Origin: Takakia lepidozioides
Taxonomy: Eukaryota > Plantae > Bryophyta
Assembly: GCA_030704615.1 (NCBI GenBank)
Contig: CM060731.1
Span: 54,560,001-54,624,000, forward strand
Length of the DNA: 64,000 bases
Direction: 5' to 3'
Below the pieces are notes generated by a model, which did no database searches, had not been told where the DNA came from, and worked only from the letters and a program-made list of their open reading frames with translations. The position numbers and the translations under genes were made by a program. This document shows, piece after piece, positions 13,770 to 27,681 of the stretch (positions within the stretch are counted from its first letter, which is position 1; every line of letters begins with the position of its first letter).

Positions 13770-14636
13770 GATCCAAGTGTTTGACAATATGGCTTATCGA
13801 ATTGTAGTCTCATGGAGTGTCATTATTGCAGGCTCGCCCTCCAACTATTTGAACAAATGCAACTGAAAAGCTTGAAGCCAGACCAGTATTACCTTTATAT
13901 CTCTACTGTCTGCTTGTAGCCATGAGGCCTTGTGGATGAAGCCTGTCACTACTTTTGAGTCCACATCATGGCCTCACTCCTACAGAGCATTTTGGCTGCA
14001 TGGTGGACCTTGGTCGCACAGGGCAATTGGATAAGCCAGAGAACTTCATTAACAGGATGCCGATCAAAGCAGATGCTGAGGTGTGGAGGGCCTTGGTGCC
14101 TGCCCAATTCATGTTGATGTGGAAGTGGCAGAATGTGCCGCCAAATAAATTCTTCAGTGATTCCAAAGCACATTGCAGCCTTTCTGCTCCAATTAAACAT
14201 TCATGCTGCAGCTGCAGGTGGGAGAAATAAGCAAATGTGAGAGAAATGGTGGAGGATGTCAGAGGTGTCAGGAAGGAGCCAGGGTGCAGCTGCATTGAGG
14301 TAGAAAACCAGGTGTATGCATTTTCTGTAATAGACAATTTGGTCGGCTAATTGATGAACATGCTTAGCTGAAGATTTGTCTGGGCTGATTGACAGGCTTG
14401 GTCAGTACCTCGCACCTTTTTTGTTCTCCATGATTTTACGGTTGATGAGGAATTCTGTCTTTGCCACTAAGAGTATTGTTGTTGGACTCACCAACTTAGC
14501 TCATCGGATGCCTGTCCATACCATCAAGAATGTATGGGGGTGGGTGACTGCCATAGTCACTCAAACATTGGTGGGTGGATGGTGGTTGTACAGGATGCCA
14601 GTTCCAAGATGGGGGTTTGTTCTTGTGAGGAGTACA
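13770..14636 (+). pseudogene. Decayed PLS-class PPR gene fragment with E/E+/DYW C-terminus
   Basis: Frame-shifted motifs VFDNM...[32 protein letters not shown]...[41 protein letters not shown] and a terminal GVCSCEEY (degenerate G-C-S-C-x-DYW). Multiple stops and frameshifts. Confidence 0.85.
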
Positions 14637-16024
14637 GGTGAAACAAGCAACATGAACTTGCACCACTTCAAAAGAGGAGGGAATCTGTGACTACTTAACA
14701 TTCAACACCCATTCAGCTAAAAACTGGTAAACATTTTCCTAAGAGGTGATACAATGAGTAAAGTTGGAAGATGCCAAGATGCCATGTGTCATTGAATTGG
14801 AAATTGCGGGTACTACAGCTGCCCATAGTGATCTAATCACAATCATACATGATGGAACAACAGCAGCAAAACACCAGAGAGCCTTGTGGCTGAGGAGTTG
14901 TTGCAGGGAAAAGCAAGTAAGCAGTAAGTCCTGTCGTCATGGGGTTGAAGGTTTTTGTGAGGACTGATATTTGGAGGGTGACTGGGGGCTCACCACTAGA
15001 TTATCTTGATCAAATTTCCTCCACCTGCGTTAAGAGCTGGAGAGATTTGGAAATTGATTGCCATTTAATTCATATTCTCCTGGAAGTCCAATTGATCATA
15101 TGAGTTTGTTTCTCAAGTCCTTCTGCAAAATTTACCTGATGGAGACTTGGGAATTGCATCAACAAAGTAAACTGAATGCAACTTCTTGTAGAACACAAGC
15201 TGCATCATCATTTAAATCAAATTTGAACATGACAAGGGTCCACTGCCAGTATTCATAGAATCTTCTAGGGTAAATCTTCTCAATCATTTTCGTATGGGAA
15301 TCATCAGCTGATCGCATTAGCACATTTTCTGAAGTGCGTTAATCAACTCATGATCTGCGAGCAAAATACACGTGTTGTATTTCTCACCCATTCAATTTGC
15401 TAAGTTCATTGAGAAAATGCACAAGCCATGAAGCCAAACATTTGGTTCTTAGTGAGTTTGAAGGCCACACAGCTGAATGTCCATAGAAGCATAGAGGGGA
15501 ACAGAGATGTACCTGCTTTACAACGAAGGTTTCACTTCCTCTTCACGTCCTCTTCACTTCGTCTTTGACTACTTGATATGGGAAAAAGAGTTGAGAGAAG
15601 GGAAAGATCCTGGAGCCTGTAGAGGATAACATATAATAGATATCACCTTCTCTGGTCAAATTTAAGGTTTTGCTCTCATACAAGATGCGTTCATTGTCCC
15701 TGTTGGTGAATGTAGTTCCAGACCCAATGAACCGTCCTTGGTGTTCAAAAGACATTCAGTTTTCCAACACACCTACCTACACTGGCGAGGAAAGGAAAAT
15801 TCACAGTTGGTGACAGCACTGCTATGCGACGGGTGTGTGCATTTGAGGCAAGGAAGACGAGATCGTTTGAAACAGTCAGAGACTGAGAATTTGGAGCAAG
15901 GGATTTGAGACAACATATTAGAGGCTGGATTTACAGATTGGAAGAGCAGCTGTTGTCATCAACATCAAGCCGTAAAAAGTAACAATGAAAAATAGCAGTA
16001 TGAAGGGAGGATAGGATATCTATA

Positions 16025-16096
16025 AGGAGGCAACCGGGGTCGAACCGGTGACCTATCGGACTGCAGCCGATTGCTCTACCACTGAGCTATACCTCC
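16025..16096 (-). tRNA. tRNA-Cys (GCA)
   Basis: Minus strand GGAGGTATAGCTCAGTGGTAGAGCAATCGGCTGCAGTCCGATAGGTCACCGGTTCGACCCCGGTTGCCTCCT. It has a 7-bp acceptor stem, D arm, ATCGG/CCGAT anticodon stem with GCA, a TTCGA T-loop and a U73 discriminator, with a T-run ~30 nt downstream. Confidence 0.95.
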
Positions 16097-17449
16097 GCAC
16101 ACTGAACAGAGCTTGAAAGAACTATATCTATATCTTAAGAAAGGGACATTCCTGTGCCGTTTTATGACAGCAGGATGCTTCACCAAGTCCACTTTTGATG
16201 CTCAGCTACTCGAGCACAACTGTGCTCATCCATATTGACAAAACATCCATCCATCCATGTCCTGTGCCCGCACGAAAATTTGGGCCAAGGCCAAAACGCT
16301 GCCCGTTTGCCTTCCAGCACAGGAGCAGAGCCTTAAGAGCTTTACGGGCAGCGAGAAAGGGACTGCACACGTTTGCCCGTTTAGTTAAGAGCTTTGCGGA
16401 GCTTGCCGCGTCCATTCTCGTGAGCACGCCCGCTTAGCTACTCACATTCACGAAGGTCGGTTGTCCATGTGTGCCTGCTGTCTACAATGCTTCAAGAATG
16501 CGTTCTTTGCTGATCTTATAAACATAGTCCATGCATCACACATTCAGGCTAACACAATGTATCAAGCATTAATACTACTCGAGATCAACATTCACAGATC
16601 TTTCGCTTGTCATGCATCCACAATGCAGGTCCTGGATTTTCACAGGGCTAGTGTCACGTCAACTGAAAGCTCCTCGCAGTGTTGGATGCATGGCTCTCCT
16701 TCTCAGGGGTAGATGCAAGTCGATCTGCGGTGACCCGACGCTGCGTGCACCCAACAACATGCCAACTACACTCTGACCGGGACCAAGGCTCAGATTGCTA
16801 CAGCGCCATCAATTTCGAAACACACATATATATGTATCTACATACGAGCAAAGGGACTGCACACGGGCTGCACACATTCATTCACTCAGAAAGCCCTCAT
16901 GGGTACCTATAACCTTCGCCAAAGCACATAGACAATGACGTTTCTTACATTCAAATCTCTCTGAGCTTTCACAACAATACTGGGCATATCACAGACTGCA
17001 CTAGTCAGTTGGTCAATCTAAATAACGATACGTGAAGATCTGATCAACAGACCTTTTAGTACAAATTATGAATTGACCTCCCGTTTAGGTGTGAAAACTC
17101 AGTCATATCTCACGTGGATCATATAGGACGAAACATGGACTTGCACGATTATTGAGTAGTATATTGGCATATTTGCTTGATATAAAATTGACATAATTGT
17201 GTTAGCCCGAAGGCTTTTCATGTCATTGAGGTGACCCTTGAGTGGAGGGTGTGACTCTTCTGTTAACCCAATTGGACCTACTTAACTTTACTCCAACTAT
17301 AGGAACATGCATGCAGGCTTCACATTCGGATGAGGGGTTTATAAACACTGATCATATGTGGGTGCAGTGATGTACACCTTCAATGTACTTCAGGAACTGT
17401 AACTGGCACTAGATTGTCCCTGTACTATAGACCTTGCTTAGAGAGCTAC

Positions 17450-19407
17450 TTAGGGAGCTGTAATGAGTCTAATGGGCCGCATCATATCATTGTCTTCATG
17501 ATCAAGGAGGTGACAATGCCAAACATAGCCAGGCCCCGCCGTTGCATCAAATGGAAAATCTCGTCCACCGTCTTGAGAAATCCATTGCATCACTAACCTT
17601 GTGGCAACGCCAGGCAGGGTCACCACTGTATCTTTCCATCCGATTTGATTCGGGGTGGGGCTTCTCGGTTCCTCTGTGTAACAACTTTTAGGATCTGGGT
17701 ACGGTAACGTGAAAGAACATGAGGCATTGCTGAAATAACGGTCCCAACTGAAAGACTGCTGGTTTACGACAAGAAATTGGACAAGGTGGATGTGCATCGG
17801 GTGTGCGTCCGGCGTGAGGTTGATGAACTCCCAAACCTCGGTGCTCCCCTTGACAGGCATCTCCGTGACTGGATCGATCCAAGAGCGGTTTGACAGGAGG
17901 AGCGATATTGGGTTACCCTTCTTGTTGTCCCATTCTTGCATGTGTAGGATTCGGACCACTGCATTCTCCGTGCTAATCACCGGAGCTGTCGCTGTAAGTG
18001 TTTTGGGTATAGCATCAACATCTTTACGATCATTTTTGCTTGTATGTTGTTTTACTTTGAATTTCAGCACCGCCCTAGTACTCGGCGGGCTAAATGCAGG
18101 ATCTCCTAGAGGAAAGGGGGCTGGACCCGAATTGTTCATGACCACTTCACTGCCAGCAACCAGGGAAAAATCGATGATGACGTCTATCCGTTCAGCGGGA
18201 GCCATCATCACCGTTGGTAGTTCCTGTGGTTGATGCAGTAAGCCACCATCTGTACCAATTTGCAGAAAGGACACTCGTTGGTCGCTCAGTGAGAGCACAA
18301 AGAACCGCGCATTGGCCCCGTTCAGAATGCGGAATCTATATTTGCGAGGTTGGACATACATGTAGGGCCACACTTTTCCATTGACAAGGATTGTATCTCC
18401 AAAGTACTCTGGGCACCAGCTGGGATGGGCCTTGGGAGCCATTCCAATGTTTGGGAAGTTGATAGAACCATTTTGGAAGAACTGTTTGTCCTGCAAGAGA
18501 AGGGGAACGTCGAATTTTCCCATGGGCATCCATGATGGACGCTTTTCATTGGGCCTTATGATGTAGAGTCCGGCCATGCCGGCTACAACATTCAGCCGTG
18601 TCATTCCGATAGCGTGGTCATGATACCATAGCATAGCGGGTCTCTGAGAGTTAGCATAGGTGTAATTCTGTGTCGTATATGAGTGTCCGTACTCACCATC
18701 TGCAGTATACCATGCATCTGGATGACCATCAGACCCACTCTCTGCCTCAGCACCATGGAGGTGTACAACAAGGGGTACCCCTCCGCGTTTGCCTGGGTTC
18801 GCCCACATAAGGCTTGTGTCCACAGTGAGAAAGTGATGGTCATCGTGGATGTGATTTTCCCACCGGACACGAGCTTCAACTCCCGCTGTTGCTATGAGAG
18901 TTGGGCCTGGATACGCCGCTGTCTCCTCACTCTTGCCAAATGCATACAGCGTTGTCTCTGGCAGATCCCTGTGCAGCTTCTGCTCATCACAGACAGTTGA
19001 CATCACCAGTTACAGTACACCGGTCAGTTAATTAATAATCTAGATCTAAAATTTAGATCTTTCACACGCCCGGACAAAATATGTCACCCTGTCATCGAAA
19101 CTATCAGGTATATGAATTTATTAAGTACTGTAAACTTGTCATGTGCAGTGCGGAGGATCACCTGAGTAATTTTATAAGCGCCCAGAGTGACCTGCTTACT
19201 GTCGACAAAAATCCGTTGCGGTGTGGGCAGCTGATCGACAAACTGCGGCAGCAGTGGCGACGGGTCCAAGTTTTGGCACCGAGAAACCTCGCTAACATTA
19301 CTGGATCCATGTGTGCACTCGGGAAGCTGGGAGCACACCAAAGCAATTAGCAGGGTCACTGCTAATCTGAAGAGTTTGAGTAGGCGACCGTGCTGCACTA
19401 TTGACAT
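17450..19407 (-). CDS. Multicopper oxidase, LPR1/LPR2 (CotA/bilirubin oxidase-like) family; exons 19407-19162 and 18979-17450, ~591 aa
   Basis: Signal peptide; PQFVDQLP...IT Q|KLHRDLPETTLYAFG; copper motifs HLHG, WYHDH, HPMHIHL and WHCHLLDHEDNDMM; phase-0 intron CAG|GTGATC...GAGCAG|AAG. Confidence 0.92.
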
Positions 19408-21050
19408 CCTTGGTGTTTGCCCTCCAACTATATCTCTGCCTGTAGAACATCATTTGGCAGGTCCAACAATGTCAATTCAATTTTCACAATGTGGTGGGAC
19501 ACACACGCGACTCACGATCGAAGAATTGGAAGGTTCAATATCAGAATCTCGCTCATTCGTACGTAAATTGAGATATAAGTGGGGTCTAATGTGTGGTTCG
19601 AGGAATTCAGAGAAGTCGTACGGTGGCCTTGGAGTTAGACCGTCGGACGTGCAATGGAATCCCCTTAGGTGAACAGAAAGGTCCCTGCGCCGTAGCTCTA
19701 GATCAGTCATACCTTAGACCTCTCTACCTGACTAGAGCTACAGTGCTCATTCGACGATATGAACTCTCAAACAGATGCGAGGAAATATGGGAGCAAGCTG
19801 TGAGAGTGGAATATCTCGGACCATCCCTAACATCAACGATTCAATGGTTAGAAACAAGTGTCAACTTCTAGTAGGGAACAGCAAAGAAAGGTCTGGACAA
19901 TTTAAAGGTCAAATTCATGAATGAGGTCTACCCCAGGCTAGCTGTGATCAGTACCTGTTAAGTCTACAGAACTGGGGCCGCTCTCGCTACCTAGTACTCA
20001 ATCGCTGAACAGAACGAGCAGTCTGTGAAACTCCTGTACGACAAAAACTGATATGGAAGGTTTGGCGGGACACACTGCAATCAGATTCAACTTAGAACGA
20101 TTGTTCAAGAGAGACCGCGTCAAGATGAGACCGCTTGACAGTCTAGCTGAGTCCCGCAGCCTGAAGAGAAAGTCGTGGGAAAAAACCCGTCAACCCTGTC
20201 GGTCTGTCAGAAACACAGGAAGACGACAACACTTATTCTCTACGGCAGAACTGTGCGGGAGAAGATCAGTGCAAAGAGCCTGCAATATTAACCAGTTGTG
20301 ACTGGGAAAACCAAACTACGGGTGTGTACAACAGTTGGGGGGAGAGCAACTGGAAATGGGAGACAGCTGATCTACAACAATAAGGAAACACCCAGTATAT
20401 ATAGCTATGAAAAAGCCCTACAGCGCGTGTCCGCAGCGTGGAGATGGAGAGAAAACCGAGACTCCGGTGATAAAAACGAACTGGCTGCGTGCCCACAAGC
20501 CTCGGACCCATAGCAGGGTGGGACAGACAACGTGGTACCTACTTTTGTCTTGCCAAGCGTTTCTGCTTTTCGTTGCTCCCTGACCAATTGGATCCTCCAA
20601 GCTTCGATAGAGACAATACAGTTTACATCATGGTTTACTTCGGTGAACATCTTCAATCTCCTACTTATAAGAAAGGTCCAAATCCGTGCCCAAATCAAAA
20701 TGTGACGTGCATAATTTGCTCCATGAAAACCAGACCTGTAGTTTCATCAACTACAAGTAACCTGACTGGATGCCCTGGGATTTGCACATGACAAGCTACT
20801 TGTTCAGGAATTCATGAATGATTCATCTTACGATTTAAGTGGCAGGTCTACAGAAAACAGTCCAGGGAAGCTGTTCTGGCACCATGTGTCATAGCAGTGG
20901 AATCTTCAAGCACGCGTGACTTTGAGAACATTTTCTTTCATGTCATTTGAAGCACTCATTGAATTAAGCCTGTCCGAAGTAGATCTGAATCAATATTCCT
21001 AAGTTCCATATTAATCTTTTCCTTTTCACATTATCGATACGGTGGTGATG

Positions 21051-21170
21051 ACACGCCAGTGTGTTAAGCCCAATGTTGTGATGATTGTAGGACTGCTTGG
21101 GGCCAATGCATGTACTCCATCTACCATATCACCCAGCGCTGAGCTGCTTGTATTTGGGCAAGAGATGCAG
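21051..21170 (+). pseudogene. Short PPR-motif fragment
   Basis: MTRQCVKPNVVMIVGLLGANAC...LVFGQEM resembles the M..GVKPN.VT...LL.AC...L..G.E PLS-type PPR pattern; isolated. Confidence 0.4.
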
Positions 21171-21765
21171 TGTACTAGATGCGTAGAGACGGCTTCGTCT
21201 TCACCGGCTCGCTGCAACGTCCTCAACTAGTTTCCCGATGTTGCATGAGCTCCCGATGGCGTGCGTCCAGAATTAAGAAATACTCCCACTCTGCTTCGCA
21301 ATACACACTTGTTATAAATAGCGCTGTCTGTATATACGGTATAAACATAGTTTGCAGCTGCCCAAAACTAAATGAGGGGCCCCTACTCGCTGTGCATTTA
21401 TTTCTATTTCACCTCAGTAAAAAACTTGTAAAGATAAAGATAGGGTTTGTTTAACGCAGTGCGGGGCAGTTGAGAGTTCCAAAAACTCCTTGACGGAAAA
21501 ATGGAGCAACGAACAGAGCGCAGTGGTTGGGCCCGCCATCCAAACATTTTACATCCGTCCATGGCCAGCAACGTCCCCATTGGTGGCTGCCTTGTGCGAT
21601 GGCTGGCAGGCGGCCGGCCTCCTCGTGGAATCCGGTTGTCGGAAAATCATGCTAGAAGCCCCACACGTGTCAACCACAGAAACCCCTACTCCCACCAGTT
21701 GACACCTGTACAGTAGCCAGCCCCAAAAAAGAATCCCTAGTCTCACCCCCATTCCAAGCATGCCA

Positions 21766-24700
21766 TGTTGGAATTCGATTTTATTTTTTTCCACACAATT
21801 TTGGAATAAATGCAATATTTTTATTTTTATTTTAAATCGACAAAAAATAGAGATAAAAGATTACTGAGAATTCTCCACCCAACCATAGGACCACAACAAG
21901 CTGTGTCCACCCTCCGAGCTCTCCCTATTTATACTCAAAGTCTAATCCAGAAATAGTTGAGATAACTATAGCATAATTCCATGCTTTTACTTAAGTTATC
22001 TCCACATGCTATTCTGATACAATGACTTGAGTCACTAATAACTGAAGCTAACTTTAGCTATCTTTTAGCTAATTGAGGCTTATCTTTATTGTTAACTGTG
22101 ATTTATCAGCACTGCTATTATGGAAGTCTATCTTGTCATCACAGTAACTCTAGATAGTAGTAACTTGGTCAGGAGTTGTTTTCCAACACCCCCACTCAAC
22201 GAGTTACCAAGTTAAGCACTTGACTACTCCCATTAAGCCTCGAAAGCGTTCAAGCTTTTCAGCACTAAGCTCTTTTGTCAGTATGTCTACAACCATGTTG
22301 TTGGTGTTGCAATATACAAGCTTGACAACTCCTGCTTCAGTTTTCTCTCGTACCAAATGATGATGAATCTCAATATGCTTTGTGCGAGCATGAAACATTG
22401 GATTCTTTGAGAGAGCAATACACCCTTGGTTGTTATCATGCATACATGAGACTTCCCACAACACTTTGATAGGGAACATCTCTCATTGTCTCCAAGTCTG
22501 CAGCACTCTTATGACTCATCTCCTTTGAGAGTTTGCAATTTGGGACAAACGGGGTATTTACCAGCATACTTTCAGCCATACCAAAGTGCCTTAAGATATC
22601 TTCAAGATATTTACGTTGGTTCAGGTAAATCGCTCGGTCTTGTCGAACACGAGTTACCGATACCCCCAAGCAGTACTGGATCTCTTTCAAATCCACCATC
22701 TTAAACTTCATTGAGATATCGCTCTTTGTCTTTTTCAACAGAGCCTGATCAACACATGATCACATGATCTCTTTCAGATCCACCATCTCAAACCTCTTTG
22801 AGATTGTCTTTTTCAACAAAGCCTGATCAACACATGATCACATGATCTTTTTCAAATCCACTATCTCAAACTCCTTTGAGATATTACTCTGTATGTGTTT
22901 CAACAGAGCCAAGTCATTAGAGACCAAAATCAGATCATCAACGTACAGTGTTATGATCACAAAAGAGTTTCCATGAGCCCTCTTATAGTAAAAACTATAA
23001 TCAGCAGAGCTCCTCTCAAACTCTTCAGCCATGAAATATACATCAATCTTAGCATTCCATGCCCTAAGGGATTGCTTCAAACCATACAAGGACTTCATGA
23101 ACTTACACACCATCATCTCCTTCTCTTTTACAGCAAATCCCTCCAGCTGGTCCATGTATATTTCTTCCATAAGATCTCCATTGAGAAAGACTGTACATAC
23201 ATCTATCTGATGTACCTCAAGATTTTCAACAGCTGCAAACGCTAGAATCACTCGAATTGACTCCATCCATGCAACAGGGGAGAAGGTTTCATTGTAATCA
23301 ATACCTTCAATTTGCGAAAACCCCTTTGCAACCAAGCGTGCTTTGTACCTTGCTACAGAACCATCTGCATTGTACTTAACCTTGAAAATCCATTTGCAGC
23401 CAACAGACTGCCGTCCAGATGGAAGTTGAACAAGACTCCAAGTCTTATTATCCTGAAGACACTTAAACCCAGATGCCATAGCTTCCTTCCAGTGTGAAGA
23501 GTTCCCATTCCTCATTGCATCTGACACACTTTGAGGTTCATCACTGTTAATGAAATAGGCAGAAGATACCTTTGAGGGTTTTTCAATCATAGTAGATTGT
23601 ACCTCCTCCATTTGAACCTCAACTATCTCTTCAACAATCTTCTCTTCCATTTTATCTTCTTAGTCAGAGCCAAGTTCTCTTTTTTATGGTCCAAACTTGG
23701 AACTACTGTTTTCTAATGAAAGTTCCTGGACTCATTGAATATTCATCACGACTGATGATCACATACTTGCTCTCAGGGTTATACAACTTATACCCTTTGG
23801 TTTCTTCTCAATAACCAATGAAGATACACTTGATTGCTTTTGCATCCAATTTCTTCCTTACTTCCTTTGGAACATGGGTAAATGCAACACACCCAAAGAT
23901 GTGCAAATGATCAACTGAAGGTTTCTCACCCTTCCTCTTTGTAGAGATTGCCTTAGTAGGAAGTCGATTCTGGAGGCATGTTGCAGTCGCCACTGCTTCT
24001 GCCCAGAAACGGTGGTCCAACCTCATGTGTTGCAACATACACCTCACACTCTCAACAAATGTTCGATTCTTCTTCTCTGCAACTATATTCTGTTCTAGCG
24101 TATATGGTGTGGTTGATTGTTTCACAATACCATCCTCCCTGCAGAACTGGTTAAAGTTATTTGAGATGTACTCACCACCACCATCACACCGAAGAGCTTT
24201 GATCTTTTCTCCAGTTTGATTCTCCACCAAAGCTTTGAATGCCTTGAACCTATCAAGAACTCCAAACTTGTTTTGCATCGTGTAGAGAAATGTTTTCCTG
24301 GAAAAATCATCAATGAAGGTCAAGAAATACTTTGCACCTCCATGAGATTCAGTTGACATAGGACCGCATAGATCTGTATAAACCAACTCAAGAACCTTAT
24401 TTGTTCGAGAACCTCCATCCTTTGGAAATGAGTTGCGATGGTGTTTACCGTACACACATCCGTCACAAAAACTCAAGATTCGATCTCAAGTAAGATCCAT
24501 GCCCTTAACAGATTGTTAGCTGGCATGCATGCCAAACTTTGCATTGAGACATGTCCAAGTCTCTGATGCCAGAGGTCACTCTGCTTGAGAGTAGTAGTAC
24601 ACTCCGCATGTAAAACCTGGAGAACCCCAACCAGCTTGTACAATCTTGCATCTTTCACTGCCTCAGCCATCACTTCGCTGCCAAACTTCATCCAGCAATG

Positions 24701-25699
24701 ATTGGTAGAATATTCAACCGTAAGACCTTGCTCAATTAGCTGACTAACTGACAATAGGTTCTTTGTCAGTCCAAGAACAAAGAGGACTCCTCCGATCTCC
24801 TTCGATACTCCAGATGATAATTGAAACACAACAGTACATTTTCCATGGATATCAAGACTTGTACTGCTGTCAAGATACACCTTGTGTCCCACATAGAGTT
24901 CCTTGAAGGTTGAGAATGCTTCCTTCTGGAACGTCATGTGCTGAGATGCCCCTGAATCAATGAACCACACATCTCTGCAACTCGTAGAGATTGACAAAGC
25001 TACAACAAGAAGTTCAGTTCTTTCAGCCAATGCTGAAACCTCATTTTGAAACCTCTTCATTTCTCATCGTCTAGCCTTTTCTTGAAGCAGTCACGTGCAT
25101 ATAAGTGACCATCTAACTTCTCCACTCGGGTATGATCAGCAGAAGGTGCCATGATACTAGCCATGATACTAGTTTGATGTTTTGCCAACTATAAAACACC
25201 CTCAAACTTTCAGATCTAACTCCAAGCACTCAAGCTTTCAGATCTAAACCCAAGCACTAAAGCCTATTGGTTGTAAATAAAATACTCATCTCCTTCTATC
25301 TCTCAGACAGAACCTTGCTTTGATACCATGTTGGAATTCGACAGAGAATAGAGATAAAAGATGAACTGATTACTGAGAACTCTCCACCCAACCATAGGAC
25401 CACAACAAGCTGTATGTCCACCCTCCGAGCTCTCCCTATTTATACTCAAAGTCTAATCCAGAAATAGCTGAGATAACTATAGCATAACTCCATGCTTTTA
25501 CTTAAGTTATCTACACATGCTATTCTGATACAATGGCTTGAGTCACTAATAACTGAAGCTAACTTTAGCTATCTTTTAGCTAACTGAGGCTTATCTCTAT
25601 TATTAACTGTGACTTGTCAGCACTGCTATTATGGAAGCCTGACTTGTCATCACAGTAACTCTAGGTAGTAGTAACTTGGTTAGGAGTTGATTTCCAACA
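21766..25699 (-). mobile_element. Non-autonomous Ty1/copia LTR retrotransposon (3.9 kb) with 5-bp TSD TGCCA
   Basis: LTRs at 21766-22188 and 25329-25699 (TGTTGGAA...TTCCAACA); TSD TGCCA at 21761-21765 and 25700-25704; PBS TGGTATCAAAGC (minus, 25317-25328); purine-rich PPT next to 22188. Most of gag is deleted. Confidence 0.95.
22204..25100 (-). pseudogene. Copia pol remnant (protease, GAG-pre-integrase, integrase, RT, RNase H C-terminus)
   Basis: WFIDSGASQHM; LWHQRLGH; VYTDLCGP...FIDDFSR...RCDGGGEY; YKARLVAKGFSQ...SLYGLKQ...LYVDDL; DNNQGCIAL...HARTKHI. Frameshifts and deletions present. Confidence 0.92.
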
Positions 25700-26308
25700 T
25701 GCCATTGGTTGCTCCCACGCACTCAAGTAATTCCTTCGGCTTTTACCCTTCCCAAAGTAACTATTACTATGGACTGGGGTAGTTATTACGCTGTAAAAAT
25801 GGCGAAGGAATTCACGGATTGTGAGTGTGGTGGTGAGTCATGCAAGTCTGAAAGTTTGGAGGGTGTTCAAACAGTGTGCAGATGCCTTGCCACCTTTGCA
25901 AGTTAGTATGCACAACACGTGTTTACCGCTCTTGGTTTGGTATGTAGGGTTTCCTCTTAGATAGTACCAACCCACGGTATCAACAGTGGTATGGAAGAAG
26001 CAAAGCAGGTGGTATGAAGAGTTGCAACACGTACATGACAAACCTCTCGGGCTACTATAATTGCAGACGAAAATATTCTAACACCCAGCCAATACCAGGT
26101 TGATTTGATACCAGTTGAGTTTGCCTCGGTATTGAGATTTGACCCAGATACAACCCACTTACTATCTAAATCATAATTTTCTTTTTTAAATACTTAAATC
26201 TGGCTGGTATAAAAAAAAACTTTCAAAAAATACTTAGACTCGCCGGCTGGTATGTGAAAACTTATGTAAGACCAGAACAACACTTCGAAAGCCAACAATC
26301 ATTAATAA

Positions 26309-26343
26309 GCCTCTCATTTTACAATAATAGGGTCATGAATGCA
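26309..26343 (+). repeat. Terminal inverted repeat-like end of the same family as the MITE at 48167-48709
   Basis: GCCTCTCATTTTACAATAATAGGGTCATGAATGCA matches GCCTCTCATTTTAGATTAATAGCATCTTGAATGCA (48167) at 30/35 positions; both are followed by GTGGG(G)CCC. Confidence 0.75.
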
Positions 26344-26751
26344 AGCGTGCGAGAAGGACGGTGGGCCCATCGTCCAGACGAGGGGCACCCCCCTACCCGC
26401 GCCCACCCACCCGCTGCTGCCAGCGGTCGCCCACGCCCGCCCCTGCTGCCGCGGTTGCACCAGCCGCGGCTGGCCCGCCCGGGGTCCGTCCACCGGCCGC
26501 TCCGTTGCGGCCTGTCCGCTGCGGCAGGTCCGCTCCCGCTAGTCTGCCCGCCTGCAAGATTTGGGCCATCCAGGACGAATCCCATCGCAGCCCTCTAATT
26601 TAGGGCCATATCTCGCCACGCCTTATCTTTGCCGCCTGCCATCTGCCACGAGCTATAAACATGGGTCATGTTTCTCCGTGCACGTTCTCTATCGTATCCT
26701 ACGGCGCTTTCGTTGCAGGTTCTGGAGCGTGTGTTCTGCACTGTACATGGC

Positions 26752-27074
26752 ATGGAAGTAGGAGCAGAAGCCGACGACATGCAGCAATTTGAGAGCCGGC
26801 TTATACGCCCTCTTCGACAAAGTTTGCAAACACCAAAACCAAGACCTTTCAACAATAAGGACCTTCATTGGAAGTGTGAAACGCAATATGGGTTTAGGGG
26901 GATGCAAGTGCGTGTTAAAAATGCCTGTATACCTTGGGATAGAGTTGCGGACTTCGTCCATAGAGAGGAGAGTGTGGAGGACTGCCCCACTCAATATTGG
27001 GTATATGTGCACAGTAAAGTGGACGCCGGAGTGCGGAAAGCTCCCAGAGGGAACACCTTCTTGAGCAGTATCAT
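26752..27074 (+). pseudogene. N-terminal exon of a MULE-type transposase related to the plant SWIM-finger family (recalled as AT1G60560/AT4G13970)
   Basis: FNNKDLHW...ACIPWDRVADFVHREESVEDCPTQY matches the recalled DLVW...ALIPF.RV.DFV.GES...CPT.F N-terminus. It lies ~440 bp inside the TIR at 26309. Confidence 0.65.
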
Positions 27075-27281
27075 GTGTGCACCATCCTCATTGTGGTTTA
27101 GGGATGTCACTGCATTGTTGTTGTGATTTGTATTTGTCTCTGACTGTGGCTTCCATAAGTCCATAGGTTGAGATTTTGAATTCCATTTGACAGGATTGAA
27201 AGTACTATTCAGCTACCTGGCAAGTATTGGCATCTTCAAACATTTTATTAATGAACTTAGCCAGGATATCATCGAGCTGGA

Positions 27282-27380
27282 GATTGAACCCAAGATCTCA
27301 TGGCGCTGAAGCATTGAACATAGAATCTCATGGCCTTCAAGCATTGAACCCAGGATCTCAGGAGCTTGAGAGCATTAAAG
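27282..27380. repeat. Three ~30-bp tandem repeats
   Basis: (GC)ATTGAAC(C/A)(C/T)A..ATCTCA(T/G)G at ~27282, 27311 and 27341. Confidence 0.7.
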
Positions 27381-27439
27381 AAGTTTTGCCCTGGGCCCAC
27401 CAGCTCTCTAGTGTTATGCCATGTTATGCCAAGGCCCAC

Positions 27440-27681
27440 CAAGGGTTCAAGAACCGGAACCTGTTTCTATCCCCGTGCGCCCCGGTTCTCCGGTTCTTAC
27501 ACCCAGCAAGAACCGCCGGTTCGGTTCTACGCCGATCCCCATTGGCAGGTTCCGGTTCCGTGGCAGGTTCCGGTTCCGGGTCAGGTTCTGTAGGAATGGG
27601 TCCGGTTCCGGTCCGGTTCCGGTTAACCTGAACCTGAACCGGCGGTTAACCTGGGTCCCGGCGGGTAACCGCCCAACACTG
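27440..27681. mobile_element. hAT-like MITE or fused hAT ends with AACCGG subterminal repeats
   Basis: Ends CAAGGGTT... and ...AACACTG (CAGTGTT on minus); dense (G)AACCGG/CCGGTT(C) repeats in both orientations. No TSD seen. Confidence 0.55.
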
